A stretch of DNA of 62,597 bases from a virus (IMGVR_UViG_3300044636_000600:1-62597); one strand, 5' to 3'; counted from the first letter of the stretch, positions 36,620 through 46,439 are shown. Numbers and translations: made by a program. Notes: a model not told the origin generated them from the sequence alone.

Positions 36620-37813
36620 CTATGCACCTTGCTTCGGGGGGTGCATCGGCATCAACAATTGATACCCATCGACACCATCACCCGCCATGATCATTACCGG
36701 TCTGGTCGGCTGCGTCGTTTGCAGGATAACCTTCGGTGTGTCGATGTGCGATAGCGCATCAATCAGAAATTTGGCATCAAGCGCCATTTCGATGGAGTCG
36801 CCTTCGATTGCGCACGGCAATTCGCTGGCGTTGTTGCCCATTTCCGCGCTGGCGGCGAACAGCCTCACCTTGCCTTGCCCGTGAATGCTGCCATCCGGTA
36901 TTACCTGACAGCGAATAATGTTGGCGTTATCGCGCGCAAACAGCAACGCCACCTTTGCTGCTTTGAGTAGGTCAGCCGTGGAAATAACGGTTGTAGTGTT
37001 GGCCGACTTTGGCACCTTAGCGCGATAGTTAGGGAATCGGGCGTCGATCAATTCGCTAACAACATCTACCCGCTGCCACTCACCGCCCCCAGTGGCACTG
37101 AATAGAATTTGATTGCGCTTTTCGCTGACAACCACATTGATCATGCCGACGCTGCCATCAGCAATGCGGGCCACTTCAGCAAGACTGCGTGCGGGAATGA
37201 CAACGGCGTTTTTCTCCGTCTCCATAGTGGCCTCACACGATCTCACGCTGAGGCGATAACCGTCCGTTGCGGCCATTGTCAATTTTCCATTGTCAAAGGT
37301 GGTTTCAATGCCGGTTAGCGTGGGCCGATTTTCATCCGCTGAGGCGGCAAACGCAACAGACTCAATGGTCTCCGTCATTTGCTTTGCATCCACCGCGTAA
37401 GCGTCGCCCGTCACCGTGGGCGAATCGGGGAGTGCTGATTCCGGTTGGTAGGTGGGCAACAGCGGAAATTCGACGGCGTCAATCCCCTTGATGTTGGCCT
37501 CAAAGCGGGCACAACTGAGGTGAAGCATCTGGGTGCGCACAGCCAGTTCCATGCCAATGCGCTCTGGCGGTAGGCTGTTGACGTATTCCGCCAACAATCG
37601 TGCCGGGATGGTGGTAGCGCCGTCCTCATGCACTTCAGCGGCAATCCAGCAGTTGATGCCGATTTCCCGGTTGGTTGCCGATAGCCGCAACCGGTCGCCG
37701 GTGGCGTCCAGAAGAATGTTGCTCAGTACCGGCATGGTGGTACGGCCCGACACGGCGCGCCCGACAATGGATAGAGCGGCGGATAGGTTCTTTTGTGATA
37801 CGGTTAGTTTCAT
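36620..37813 (-). CDS. dnaN: DNA polymerase III beta sliding clamp
   Basis: PVLSNILL, LSATN, RPTLTGI, AATDGYRLS, FPNY, LLMPMH motifs; 397 aa. Confidence 0.95.
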   Translation of the reverse strand: MKLTVSQKNLSAALSIVGRAVSGRTTMPVLSNILLDATGDRLRLSATNREIGINCWIAAEVHEDGATTIPARLLAEYVNSLPPERIGMELAVRTQMLHLSCARFEANIKGIDAVEFPLLPTYQPESALPDSPTVTGDAYAVDAKQMTETIESVAFAASADENRPTLTGIETTFDNGKLTMAATDGYRLSVRSCEATMETEKNAVVIPARSLAEVARIADGSVGMINVVVSEKRNQILFSATGGGEWQRVDVVSELIDARFPNYRAKVPKSANTTTVISTADLLKAAKVALLFARDNANIIRCQVIPDGSIHGQGKVRLFAASAEMGNNASELPCAIEGDSIEMALDAKFLIDALSHIDTPKVILQTTQPTRPVMIMAGDGVDGYQLLMPMHPPKQGA

Positions 37814-37822
37814 TTTTGCCTT

Positions 37823-38284
37823 TCACCGCACAATCATGCGGCCTGTTCGTAAATAGGTTTCTTCGCAGATGGGCAACCCGACGCGACTTGTTTGCGCCAG
37901 GTAAGTTTCAGGGCTTACTGTAAGAGGATGAATCGTTAGCGCAATGTCGTCTAACGCCTGATTGCTATCCGCTACACCAAGCACAGTTTCACCGCGCAGG
38001 GCCAGCGCCCCCTTGCCGCGGCTTGACACGCCTAGCCCCGCCGCTCGCTGTATCTCTGTCCACGGCGGCGCCCACTTTCGCAATCCCTCAAATGAGGGGA
38101 AGTCAGGACTGCGTAGCCGGTTCCATTCACGCTGTGAAATGGGGGCCGGCTGACCATAGGTTTCTATGGCGATCCTCTTCATTTCGCTATAGATGGATTG
38201 CCAGAATACGTTACATGTGCGACGATGTTGATTTAATGCTGCAACGTTTTTCGACTGTGAATCAATGCCGCACACGCACCGCAT
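37823..38284 (-). CDS. Hypothetical protein with N-terminal C2HC zinc motif
   Basis: CVCG...HRRTC; operon packing. Confidence 0.55.
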   Translation of the reverse strand: MRCVCGIDSQSKNVAALNQHRRTCNVFWQSIYSEMKRIAIETYGQPAPISQREWNRLRSPDFPSFEGLRKWAPPWTEIQRAAGLGVSSRGKGALALRGETVLGVADSNQALDDIALTIHPLTVSPETYLAQTSRVGLPICEETYLRTGRMIVR

Positions 38285-38776
38285 TTATAATCCTTTCTCT
38301 GCTCCTTGCTCCTGGTTCGCACGCTGCCACCTCTTCACATGCCCATCCACACCAACACAAGTAAACCACCGTGGGTTCTTTTGCAGGATGCCGCGAACAG
38401 CGCCTTCCGTTAATCCTGTCTTGTTGACAATCTCCCTAACTGTCAGGGGCGTTGGTGACTGCGAGACAGCGGTAATTACAATGCCGAGGCTGCCTTTCGT
38501 GCGGCTAACCACGCCTAGCCGCCGGGGGTCGGTGTGCTTTTCGTTTGCTTCATCTTCTGGCAATTCGTCTACCACATCGGCAGCGGTCTCCGGCATTTCC
38601 AGTAGGTTGATTTTGCCGGCGTTGTGAAGCGCCAGCAGTCGCATAAATTCTTCCGCGGGGCATTCGCCCCAGCCTAAAGCGTGGCGGCGCTCTTGCACCG
38701 TGCGAACCGGTAAAGTCGGTACAGGCCGGGATGCGTGACCGAGATTGCGATTTGTACCGTGGGCGTGATGGCTCAT
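38285..38776 (-). CDS. Putative winged-HTH DNA-binding protein
   Basis: LTVREIVNKTGLTEGAVRGIL. Confidence 0.6.
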   Translation of the reverse strand: MSHHAHGTNRNLGHASRPVPTLPVRTVQERRHALGWGECPAEEFMRLLALHNAGKINLLEMPETAADVVDELPEDEANEKHTDPRRLGVVSRTKGSLGIVITAVSQSPTPLTVREIVNKTGLTEGAVRGILQKNPRWFTCVGVDGHVKRWQRANQEQGAEKGL

Positions 38777-39357
38777 GGTTCACGCACCCTCACCAAGTCA
38801 ACAATGTCGGCGGTGAAAGCGATGGCCTTAATTAGGGCGTAGCTAATAGCGAAGTCGTCGGGATCTTGCATAGACCACTTCGTCATGTACGCCAGCATGT
38901 CCAACATTTCATTAATGATTTCCGTCGGGGTATCTCGACCATCATCCGTCATAAGCGTTTGTCCATACTTGGCAATGCCGTAGGCTTCACGGGCGTTGAC
39001 TAGATCTAAAAGGCGGCTACGGTGATAATCCTGTAAGCGGCTACGCAGTTCAGGAAACACCGGTTCCCCCTCGTGGCGAATTTGGCCAGGGGGGATAGTG
39101 ATGGCGTGATGCGAATCTGTCGTGATTACGTCTTGCCCGACTCGCGCCGCAACGGTCAATGGTGGCGTGTAGTATTCCAGCGCATGTAGCGCCGTCAGCA
39201 CGGCTTCCACATCAGCTAGGCATAGTGTTGTTGGTTCGGATGGGGCCATAAAAAACGCCTTGCTAGACAGTGCGCGTTGGCGGGCCTCCTCTAATACCTT
39301 GTTAGCCAAGTTCGCCACCTGGATTACAAACGACTCGTTAATTGGTAGTCGCTTCAT
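38773..39357 (-). CDS. Hypothetical phage protein
   Basis: ATGA overlaps; GIAKYGQTL..D.GRD...E.LD motif seen in phage proteins. Confidence 0.6.
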   Translation of the reverse strand: MKRLPINESFVIQVANLANKVLEEARQRALSSKAFFMAPSEPTTLCLADVEAVLTALHALEYYTPPLTVAARVGQDVITTDSHHAITIPPGQIRHEGEPVFPELRSRLQDYHRSRLLDLVNAREAYGIAKYGQTLMTDDGRDTPTEIINEMLDMLAYMTKWSMQDPDDFAISYALIKAIAFTADIVDLVRVREP

Positions 39358-39749
39358 ACTTGCACCTTCTCCAAATATTCCGCCAACCCATCGGCATTCA
39401 CCAAGCCCATATCTTCGTCTAGCCATTCGGCGGCAGCGGCTACATGCACCATGCAAATCGTCATGTTGTCGGCTGGTAGCACCAACCCCCACTCGCCGTC
39501 GATCATCGGGACAATGGCTTCTATGCCATCGTCGTCAATAACATGAGCGACGAACATCACCGGTTGCCACTGCCAGGGCGAAACCTTGTCACCCTTATCG
39601 GTGTAGTGAAACACCAGCCAGTTTTGTGGCGCTGGCATAGTGGTTTTGATAGCGGGTTGCCGGTAAATGCTCGTTGCCGGGAACACATTCACCCTGTCAG
39701 CAGCGACGGTGAACGGGCTCGCTTTTGTTGTGTCTGTCACAGTTGACAT
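39354..39749 (-). CDS. Hypothetical protein
   Basis: GGAGA RBS; overlap coupling. Confidence 0.55.
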   Translation of the reverse strand: MSTVTDTTKASPFTVAADRVNVFPATSIYRQPAIKTTMPAPQNWLVFHYTDKGDKVSPWQWQPVMFVAHVIDDDGIEAIVPMIDGEWGLVLPADNMTICMVHVAAAAEWLDEDMGLVNADGLAEYLEKVQV

Positions 39750-39973
39750 TCGTGTCTCTCCATTTCCTGCGGAAAATAGAAGCGATGGCATTGCTTGCAT
39801 CGCTTTTGGCGCAAGCCGCCTTTGTGCTGCGCTGCTGCCCATTCGTGCCAGTCGTTGTAACCGTTCCCCGGTGGTGGCGGATCACCGGGCTTGAAGACCG
39901 GCACGAAGTCGATATGGATGCCGGTGGTGTATGGTGCTTCGGTCACGGTTTCGGCTCCTTCGTTCCGTTCCAC
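39737..39973 (-). CDS. Small zinc-finger-like protein
   Basis: PPPGNGYNDWHEWA..Q...GLRQKRCKQC. Confidence 0.55.
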   Translation of the reverse strand: MERNEGAETVTEAPYTTGIHIDFVPVFKPGDPPPPGNGYNDWHEWAAAQHKGGLRQKRCKQCHRFYFPQEMERHECQL

Positions 39974-40263
39974 GGCGCAATTTTGCCATTCGCCAGGATG
40001 TCAAACGCCTGCGTGCAGTATGGCTCTGGCAACGTTCGCGCCAGCTTGTCAAACTCGCGATAGCGCTGTCTATACCAAGAGATTGAACCTGCCATTTTAT
40101 ACAGACGCATTGCCACCGCCCCCGGTAGATTATCAGTGAGATTGCCATCCGCGTCGTTGGTCTGCGCTGGCATATTGCGCCGTAAACACCGAAAGATAAC
40201 GGTCAGGTTAATGGCGTCGTCATCGGTCTTGGATAGTTCGTGGATAACATCTTGGTCGGTCAT
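39943..40263 (-). CDS. Hypothetical protein
   Basis: GAGGTG RBS; operon packing. Confidence 0.55.
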   Translation of the reverse strand: MTDQDVIHELSKTDDDAINLTVIFRCLRRNMPAQTNDADGNLTDNLPGAVAMRLYKMAGSISWYRQRYREFDKLARTLPEPYCTQAFDILANGKIAPWNGTKEPKP

Positions 40264-40272
40264 GGTTACACC

Positions 40273-40839
40273 TCACTTCTGACAAATGTGCATGGTCATA
40301 TCATTCCACGGTTGCACCTGATCACGGTACTTTTTCGGCACCATGCAGGCGGGCCAGTCGTTGGCGGAGTATTGTCCGGTGTAGCTTTCATCCGCTTCTG
40401 TGCTGGCGTGAAAGACGATTTGCCCAAACTGTTGCCCAACCGTCATGTAGGTACAGCCCAGCAAATGCGACGAAAATTCGCTAGTCCAGAAATTTTTGTA
40501 GCCACAATCCCCCAGGCCGGCGTCCTGACACACCGTCCAAAACTCGCGCCCTGTGGTGGATCTGGCGCGCAGTTGGGCCACAATGTCGCCATGCGTTGCA
40601 ATGTACTCGGCGGTCATGCCCAGGACGCCCACACCGAAGGGCAACGGCACCCGTTCGCCCATGTCGAACCACTTAGGGCCGTAGTACACCCGTTCGCCAT
40701 CCACTAACTTGACATAGTAGAACCAGTTGCCTAACGTGACGTTGTAACTGTTCGGGTTCAACTGGCTAATATCAAACGGCTCGATTGCAATCTGGCCGCT
40801 GTCCAAGCATTCAAGAATTTTCTTTTTCGTATAAATCAT
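40273..40839 (-). CDS. dcd: dCTP deaminase
   Basis: IEPFD..QLNPNSYNVTLG, ARSTTGR, AGLGDCGY, GQIVF, Y.GQY. Confidence 0.85.
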   Translation of the reverse strand: MIYTKKKILECLDSGQIAIEPFDISQLNPNSYNVTLGNWFYYVKLVDGERVYYGPKWFDMGERVPLPFGVGVLGMTAEYIATHGDIVAQLRARSTTGREFWTVCQDAGLGDCGYKNFWTSEFSSHLLGCTYMTVGQQFGQIVFHASTEADESYTGQYSANDWPACMVPKKYRDQVQPWNDMTMHICQK

Positions 40840-41081
40840 TCCTGTTCCTCTTTCTTCTTCAACTCTTCAATCTCTCTTGGTGACAGCATCTCTCTTTGAT
40901 GCCCGCTACAATCCAACACAATGAACGTACTGCCGGATATACCTTTGGTTGCCGTCACACCCTCGCAGGTTGTCAGCAGGTATATGCACGTCCTGCAAAC
41001 GCACTTCTCGTCATAGGTGGCCCGCAATGCTGTTCGTGCGCCCACGCGCAAGCCAGGGTGAATCGGGCGCTTTGGTGTCAT
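40836..41081 (-). CDS. Small Cys-rich hypothetical protein
   Basis: GAGGAGG RBS; CVCRTC. Confidence 0.5.
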   Translation of the reverse strand: MTPKRPIHPGLRVGARTALRATYDEKCVCRTCIYLLTTCEGVTATKGISGSTFIVLDCSGHQREMLSPREIEELKKKEEQE

Positions 41082-41593
41082 TCCGTCACCTCCTCTAACC
41101 GATACCCCGCGTTGCGCACCGTGTAAACCCAGAACGGCGACTTCCACTTATCCAGCTTCCAGCGTAGCCGGTTGATATGAACATGCAGTGACTTGCGCGC
41201 CGCGTCCATATTGTCAGCGCATCCAATCCCGGCGGCGTGGATCACTGCTTCGGTGGCAACTGTTTTATCCAAGTGCCGGTGCAGGTAGAGCAGTATTTCT
41301 CTCTCTGTTTCAGTCAGGTGATTCTTCATCGCTTCCAGCGCCGGTGGCAGAGTTGCCACCCCACACTGGCACGGTGGCGCCAGGATGGCGGCTACCTCTC
41401 GCCACTGCGGACAGCCAAGCTGCAACGACTCGGCAATGTCGCTGGGGCTTAGGTCGGTGGATTGCAGCTTAATGTTGATGGCGGTCAGGGTGGCATTGCG
41501 TTGGCGTAGCGCCTGTACCTCGGCAGCTAGTTGCTCGATACGGTTGGATTGAGATGCGATGTATTCGGCGGCGGTAAAATGTTGTATGGTCAT
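41078..41593 (-). CDS. Coiled-coil plus OmpR/PhoB-type winged-helix regulator
   Basis: LTETEREILLYL...LHVHINRLRWKL...YTVRNAGYRL. Confidence 0.8.
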   Translation of the reverse strand: MTIQHFTAAEYIASQSNRIEQLAAEVQALRQRNATLTAINIKLQSTDLSPSDIAESLQLGCPQWREVAAILAPPCQCGVATLPPALEAMKNHLTETEREILLYLHRHLDKTVATEAVIHAAGIGCADNMDAARKSLHVHINRLRWKLDKWKSPFWVYTVRNAGYRLEEVTE

Positions 41594-41904
41594 GGTTGAT
41601 ACTCCTGAAACGTTTTATCGCCAGCTTCTATCCAAGCGGAATGCTCAGAGAAAAATCGCCAATTTGCCATATCGCCCAGGTTGATAATTTCCCGATTCGT
41701 TGAATCTCCACTGAGCCAGCTAAATAGTTGAACTAAGTATCTATCCCCTGGTAATTCGGCAACAACCTTCCCTTGCCATTTCACTTTTCCATCCTCTATG
41801 AAGTGAAAGTATTTCCCCACCAGTGGCGGTCGGTTCATTTCTTTTTCGGCGGCGGCCTTCCCGGCTCCCCATGCGCCACGCAATTGGCTCAGTGAATAAC
41901 TCAT
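41590..41904 (-). CDS. Hypothetical protein
   Basis: AAAGGA RBS; ATGA overlap. Confidence 0.55.
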   Translation of the reverse strand: MSYSLSQLRGAWGAGKAAAEKEMNRPPLVGKYFHFIEDGKVKWQGKVVAELPGDRYLVQLFSWLSGDSTNREIINLGDMANWRFFSEHSAWIEAGDKTFQEYQP

Positions 41905-42024
41905 AATATCCTTTCTTTCATAGCCACCGCTGCCCGCTTTCACGGTGGCCTCTATGGTCGAGCATTGCGCCTGCGTGGTGCGATGGTTCACAGCGAGGCA
42001 GTGGCGGCGACCGTTTATTACAGG

Positions 42025-42435
42025 TTACTGGTTCACCACTTCAATGCGGATGTTGCTCATCTTTTCCCGCATCAACTCTTTGGCAACTTCGCGCAAGAGC
42101 TTATCGATCAGTTCGTCGGCGCGGCGGATAACTCGCATCCGCATCGTCTCCTCAAAATGATTCATCATCATTTTGTCCAAACGCTCCACGTCAAAAAGTT
42201 TGGTGGCAGTGCTGCCCACCGCCTTGCTAACCATGCTTTCGATCGTCGCTCTATTGACACCCATTTCGGCCATGTGTTGGCGAAACAGGCCATACAAGCG
42301 GCCTTCGTTTACGTGCAGGATGGGCCGGCGTTCGGCGCGTTCGGCAATCAAACCGCTGATAAGCGCCTTCGTCTCTTCGTCAGAAAAGCCATCGGCTCTT
42401 TCGTTGTAGCGGCTGATCATATCTTCGGTGTTCAT
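42025..42435 (-). CDS. Hypothetical helical protein
   Basis: AAGGAGGTGA RBS. Confidence 0.65.
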   Translation of the reverse strand: MNTEDMISRYNERADGFSDEETKALISGLIAERAERRPILHVNEGRLYGLFRQHMAEMGVNRATIESMVSKAVGSTATKLFDVERLDKMMMNHFEETMRMRVIRRADELIDKLLREVAKELMREKMSNIRIEVVNQ

Positions 42436-42571
42436 CTAACTCACCTCCTTAATTTCTCTATCTACCCAACATACACCAGCCCGAGCGCCCAGCCTGCATA
42501 TCCGTTGCAAGCAAACCAACGAATGAACGGCACCAAACATAGTTGCAGTTCGGCTAATTTTTCAATCACGA

Positions 42572-42877
42572 TTACCTCCAAATAATCGGCATGTGGGCAT
42601 TGCTGCCACTGCGCGCCGGCGTCATCTCGAACGTGGGCCGGGGGCGCTGCGTGTTGGTCGGCATTGGCATCGGCGAGATTGCAATCTCCGTTAGCGTCGC
42701 CGTTGGCTGCGGTGTGGCCGTTGCCGTCCCCGTTGGCGTCAATGTCGGCTCAAAGAGTTGCACCGTTGGTGTCGGTGACTGTGCGCCAGCCGTGTTCAAA
42801 CTGACGTAGAAGTACGCCAGCAGTGCCAACAGAATGCAAATGGCAAATTGCAGATTTTGTCGTGTGCTAGGTCGCAT
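42572..42877 (-). CDS. Membrane-anchored Pro/Thr-rich protein
   Basis: N-terminal TM helix, PT-rich linker, C-terminal HMPIIWR. Confidence 0.6.
   Translation of the reverse strand: MRPSTRQNLQFAICILLALLAYFYVSLNTAGAQSPTPTVQLFEPTLTPTGTATATPQPTATLTEIAISPMPMPTNTQRPRPTFEMTPARSGSNAHMPIIWR
42708..42769. repeat. 62-bp direct repeat, copy 1 (copy 2 at 45048-45109)
   Basis: 2 mismatches between copies, 2340 bp apart. Confidence 0.9.
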
Positions 42878-42954
42878 GTATACTTCTCCTGTCCTTTCTT
42901 CACCGTTTGGATAACGGGCGCTGAATGCGGTACAGGCATCAGCGCCCAACCCGA

Positions 42955-43149
42955 TTAACTCCGCAAATACTTCTCAATATCATTAGTCGACTTCACAAGC
43001 TGCTCAAAGTCCTCCTGGCTGTTGATCATGTAACCACCATTGGGGTGTTTGGGATCAGGAACCCATTGCGCCCCCCCTTGCCGTGCCGGGGCGTTTGCAT
43101 CACTCAGAATCTTGTCCAGAATATCGAAATTCTTGTTCTTGTTGCTCAT
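42955..43149 (-). CDS. Hypothetical protein
   Basis: GGAG/AGGA RBS. Confidence 0.5.
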   Translation of the reverse strand: MSNKNKNFDILDKILSDANAPARQGGAQWVPDPKHPNGGYMINSQEDFEQLVKSTNDIEKYLRS

Positions 43150-43220
43150 TGTCCTACTCCATTCTTGAATGTGGTGCATTAGTTGATAGAATAGGGTAAT
43201 CCTATCTCTTGGGGTGTCAA

Positions 43221-43508
43221 TTAGCAGACAATCCCGCCGGCGTCTTCACCAGTCACCGCAACGTCCTTTACGTTCGTGACGTAGAAGCGCCGGTTCAGCC
43301 GGTAGATCGTCGTCTTGTATTCCTTGCCTGTCACCGGCTCATTGACATAAGCGCTAATCGTGCCGACCTTGCCCGCCGTCTGCGTAATGTACGTTCCGCG
43401 GGCAAGGTATTCAACCGTGCAGGCGTTGCCGTTCAGCGCTTTGGCCGGCGTAGTGCCGGTGGCGATGATGGCGACGATGATGAGTGCGATTGATAAAGCT
43501 TGTTGCAT
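43221..43508 (-). CDS. Small secreted protein
   Basis: Signal-peptide-like N-terminus ending AKA; AAAGGA RBS. Confidence 0.6.
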   Translation of the reverse strand: MQQALSIALIIVAIIATGTTPAKALNGNACTVEYLARGTYITQTAGKVGTISAYVNEPVTGKEYKTTIYRLNRRFYVTNVKDVAVTGEDAGGIVC

Positions 43509-44147
43509 AGTGTCCTTTCGTTTTGACTTAGGGGCCATGCCGCCACCCTAGCGACGACACAGCCCCAGATGATGCCCGTTTTCCAAGACGTGGATGGGCG
43601 GCCACGAACTTTCATGCTTACAGCGTTAACTCTGTCAGGAATCCCCTTTCTGTTGTTAGATTGACACGACAATTGATTACGCCACCCCGCCCACGTTGAT
43701 TGCACCGTAGGCAGTTGTCGCCGCCACCGTCGGCTGATTGCGCTGGTGGTCGTGGGGCGGGGTAGCGATTAATGCTATAGTTATTCCCTCACCTGGTCAG
43801 CCAGTCTGCGTTGTCGTCTGCAACGTCGGCACTGTCTACCCTGGCTGACCGTGGCGCTTAGGAGCGGCTGGTCAAACCGTTCACCGTTCACGTTCAGTAT
43901 GACCGGCATGGCCCTATGATTCGTTGACCGCCATGCCGGTGGTCGATGCGATAAAGCGCTGGTGAGGCGTGGTGATGACATTGTTATGCGGCGTGGTTGT
44001 CTTCCCACCACATGCCGCTGCTGAGGCAGACATTGCACCCCCGCACCTTACGCAACAACTCGGTCAACTCGTCGGCGGTGCATAGCAGGTTGCACCACAG
44101 CCACAGGTCGCCCCAGCGTTGGGGTGGCGGGCGGATGGGGATGTATT

Positions 44148-44813
44148 TCATGGCGTCACCTTCTCAAATTTGATTACCGATTCATACTCGATTCTTGCGT
44201 CGCCATTTGCCCCAAAGCGGTTGCCGGGACAATCGATGTCCTCTTGCGTCAGCTTCCTGAATCCGTTGGCCCGCAATGTGTCAATATGCCAGTCAGTTAC
44301 CCGTACCCGTTTGCCCTTGCGGATGTGATCCTTAACATTGAGGATGAACACACCGCCTGGTTGCAACACACGGTAGACCTCAAACCATGCGGCAATATGA
44401 AACCGCATGTAGTCTTCACCCCACTGCATAGCGCCACTGTTGTCGGGGTGTAGCGCCCTGCCTAACGCGTGGCGGTAGGTGTTGCGCCGACTGCTGTCTT
44501 TCGCCTCATGGTGATCGGCCATGCGATTGGCGTAGGTTGGCGAAACGATTACGCAATCAAAGTAACCGTCACTGAACGGTAGCGCTAGGGCGTTGCCAAC
44601 CTGCGTTTCGGGATGGTGCGCCGCCCATTCCGGTTCCAGTTCTATGGCTCGAATCTCGGCATCCGCAAAGCCCCATGTGCGCAGGGAGAATATTTTTCCC
44701 GTCCCAGCCATCGGGTCGAGAATGCGTTTGCAGCCATCGGCCATGCGGGCAAAGACGGGTAGTAGCACATCAGTGTAGCGGGCGGGATGGCGCGGGCGGG
44801 TTACTGTTGTCAT
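44148..44813 (-). CDS. Amino (N4-C/N6-A) DNA methyltransferase
   Basis: HPARY, ILDPMAGTG, IELEP, VSPTY (SPPY variant), RVLQPGG. Confidence 0.8.
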   Translation of the reverse strand: MTTVTRPRHPARYTDVLLPVFARMADGCKRILDPMAGTGKIFSLRTWGFADAEIRAIELEPEWAAHHPETQVGNALALPFSDGYFDCVIVSPTYANRMADHHEAKDSSRRNTYRHALGRALHPDNSGAMQWGEDYMRFHIAAWFEVYRVLQPGGVFILNVKDHIRKGKRVRVTDWHIDTLRANGFRKLTQEDIDCPGNRFGANGDARIEYESVIKFEKVTP

Positions 44814-44911
44814 ATTGCTACTCCTGAAACAAAAACACCTGATTCGGGTTCTGCTTTTCTGCCAGCGTTCGCGAATAACCGTTTGTCTTTATCTCCGAAC
44901 GCACCCGCTCA

Positions 44912-45187
44912 TTACCATTTCCACGGCTGGGCGGCAATCTCCGCGCCAACCCGCTCATTTTCAATGTCGTCATGCACCGCCGACGACCATGCTTGCGTCG
45001 GCTTGCTGTCCACTTCTGCTACAGCCTCGGCAAAGTCGGCAGGCGCTTGCGTTGTGGCCGTTGCCGTCCCCGTTGGCGTCAATGTCGGCTCAAAGGGTTG
45101 CACCGTTGGCGCTTGCACCAGTAGGCGGTCACTGGCGCTTAAGCGGTCAAGGGGTCTGCCGCCTTGTACCTTCGCCTTGCGCTTCAT
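44912..45187 (-). CDS. Hypothetical protein sharing PT-rich segment with 42572-42877
   Basis: GGAGGTGA RBS; contains repeat copy 2. Confidence 0.55.
   Translation of the reverse strand: MKRKAKVQGGRPLDRLSASDRLLVQAPTVQPFEPTLTPTGTATATTQAPADFAEAVAEVDSKPTQAWSSAVHDDIENERVGAEIAAQPWKW
45048..45109. repeat. 62-bp direct repeat, copy 2
   Basis: Matches 42708-42769. Confidence 0.9.
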
Positions 45188-45522
45188 TCGCTCACCTCCT
45201 GGAACAACGGACTGTCAGCGTAGTCTTTGGCGCTTGCACGCTTGGGCGGTAGGTTGTGGGCCACCGGTTGCGCAAAGGTTTCTTGCACCGCCTTGCACCA
45301 TGCTTGGTACGGGTGGTACTCCCGTTGTCCCCACGGGTAGGAGGCGCTTATCAGTTTGCGCAACTCCTTCTCATCTGTCACCGCTGCATTGTCGGCCAAC
45401 ACCTGTTGGATAATGCGGTGCGCCTGTTGCTTCCGCGGGGCCACTAATGAAAGCAGCGCCGTTTCCCCATCTGACTCATTTGCATCGCACAACCGTGCAA
45501 GCAAAGTGTTTCGCCTTGTCAT
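45184..45522 (-). CDS. Hypothetical phage protein
   Basis: YPWGQREYHPYQAW motif; GGAGGTGA RBS. Confidence 0.6.
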   Translation of the reverse strand: MTRRNTLLARLCDANESDGETALLSLVAPRKQQAHRIIQQVLADNAAVTDEKELRKLISASYPWGQREYHPYQAWCKAVQETFAQPVAHNLPPKRASAKDYADSPLFQEVSE

Positions 45523-45746
45523 GCCGTCACCTCCGCCAGCACTTCTTGCGCCTGCTGCTCTGCGTCCGCCGCCAACCGATAACCACGTAGCGGGTTGATG
45601 CGGATGGCAATGTGCTTTCCACCGTCGCGGGTGCGCTGCGTAACGTGGCAAATCTGCACGTTGTTGCGCCAGTCGGGGTTACGGCTGTGCATGGCTGCGC
45701 TGAACGCGGCGTGATTGATTCCTGGTTGCGCTACTAATGTGATCAT
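45519..45746 (-). CDS. Hypothetical protein
   Basis: AAGGA RBS; ATGA overlap. Confidence 0.55.
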   Translation of the reverse strand: MITLVAQPGINHAAFSAAMHSRNPDWRNNVQICHVTQRTRDGGKHIAIRINPLRGYRLAADAEQQAQEVLAEVTA

Positions 45747-45821
45747 GTGCTATACTTCCTTTCGAGTTCCATACAGTTTCAGCAGCCGTTGCGGGCCGAA
45801 TCCGTGGCGGCTGCTGTGTTT

Positions 45822-46043
45822 TTAGCAGTTGTTGTTATAGACATTAAAAAGTTGACAATCGCCAGCAGCTTCAGTGCAAGCTGCCAATTTCTCCAGAGCC
45901 TTTGCAATCCGTTCCAGCGCTTCCGCCTGAGCTATAGCGGCATAGGCTTTGGCTACCTCTACATGAGGAGATACAACCATTTCATCATTGCTCCAAAACA
46001 ACTCAGTCATGGCGTGACTGGCCTTCTCTAGATTAGTTGGCAT
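45822..46043 (-). CDS. Hypothetical protein
   Basis: TAAGGAG RBS; AIAQAEALERIAKALE. Confidence 0.6.
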   Translation of the reverse strand: MPTNLEKASHAMTELFWSNDEMVVSPHVEVAKAYAAIAQAEALERIAKALEKLAACTEAAGDCQLFNVYNNNC

Positions 46044-46095
46044 GTGTTGCTCCTTATTTGCTATCGCCACAAAACGGTGCGGCACCGATTGACAA

Positions 46096-46168
46096 TGGAC
46101 TGAGCGGGAATCGAACCCGCAACCCTCGCTATGCAAAAGCGATGCTCTCCCAATTGAGCTATCAGCCC
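46096..46168 (-). tRNA. tRNA-Ala(UGC), CCA not encoded
   Basis: GGGCTGA/TCAGTCC acceptor with G3:U70, TAGCTCAATTGGGAGAGC D-arm, TCGCT-TTTGCAT-AGCGA anticodon arm, GGTTCGATTCC T-arm. Confidence 0.93.
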
Positions 46169-46308
46169 GTAATTCTTTACTACTATATAACCGCCACACT
46201 CTGCGCTTTCGCCACTTAGCGTTTCTCGTCTGTTTCCAGACTGCTTGTCAAGGCTCTGGCGCTTGTGTTTGGGTATTTGTTAATGTTCGCTTTATTGCTA
46301 TAAATGAA

Positions 46309-46337
46309 ATTTTACCCGAAAATCGAGACGTTGTCAA
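46309..46337 (-). promoter_or_regulatory. Leftward sigma70-type promoter
   Basis: TTGACA-17 nt-TAAAAT. Confidence 0.75.
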
Positions 46338-46410
46338 TAGGCAAATTTCACTTTTTGTTACACTTCTGCGAAAGTGCGGCCCAGATTATGAAATTCTGTG
46401 AAATTGGGGG

Positions 46411-46439
46411 TTGCAATATTCGGGATTATGCGCTATACT
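46411..46439 (+). promoter_or_regulatory. Rightward sigma70-type promoter
   Basis: TTGCAA-17 nt-TATACT. Confidence 0.65.

Noticed and set aside
46096-46168. tRNA as prophage attachment site
   Set aside because: No duplicated 3' end or adjacent integrase; phage genes lie on both sides.
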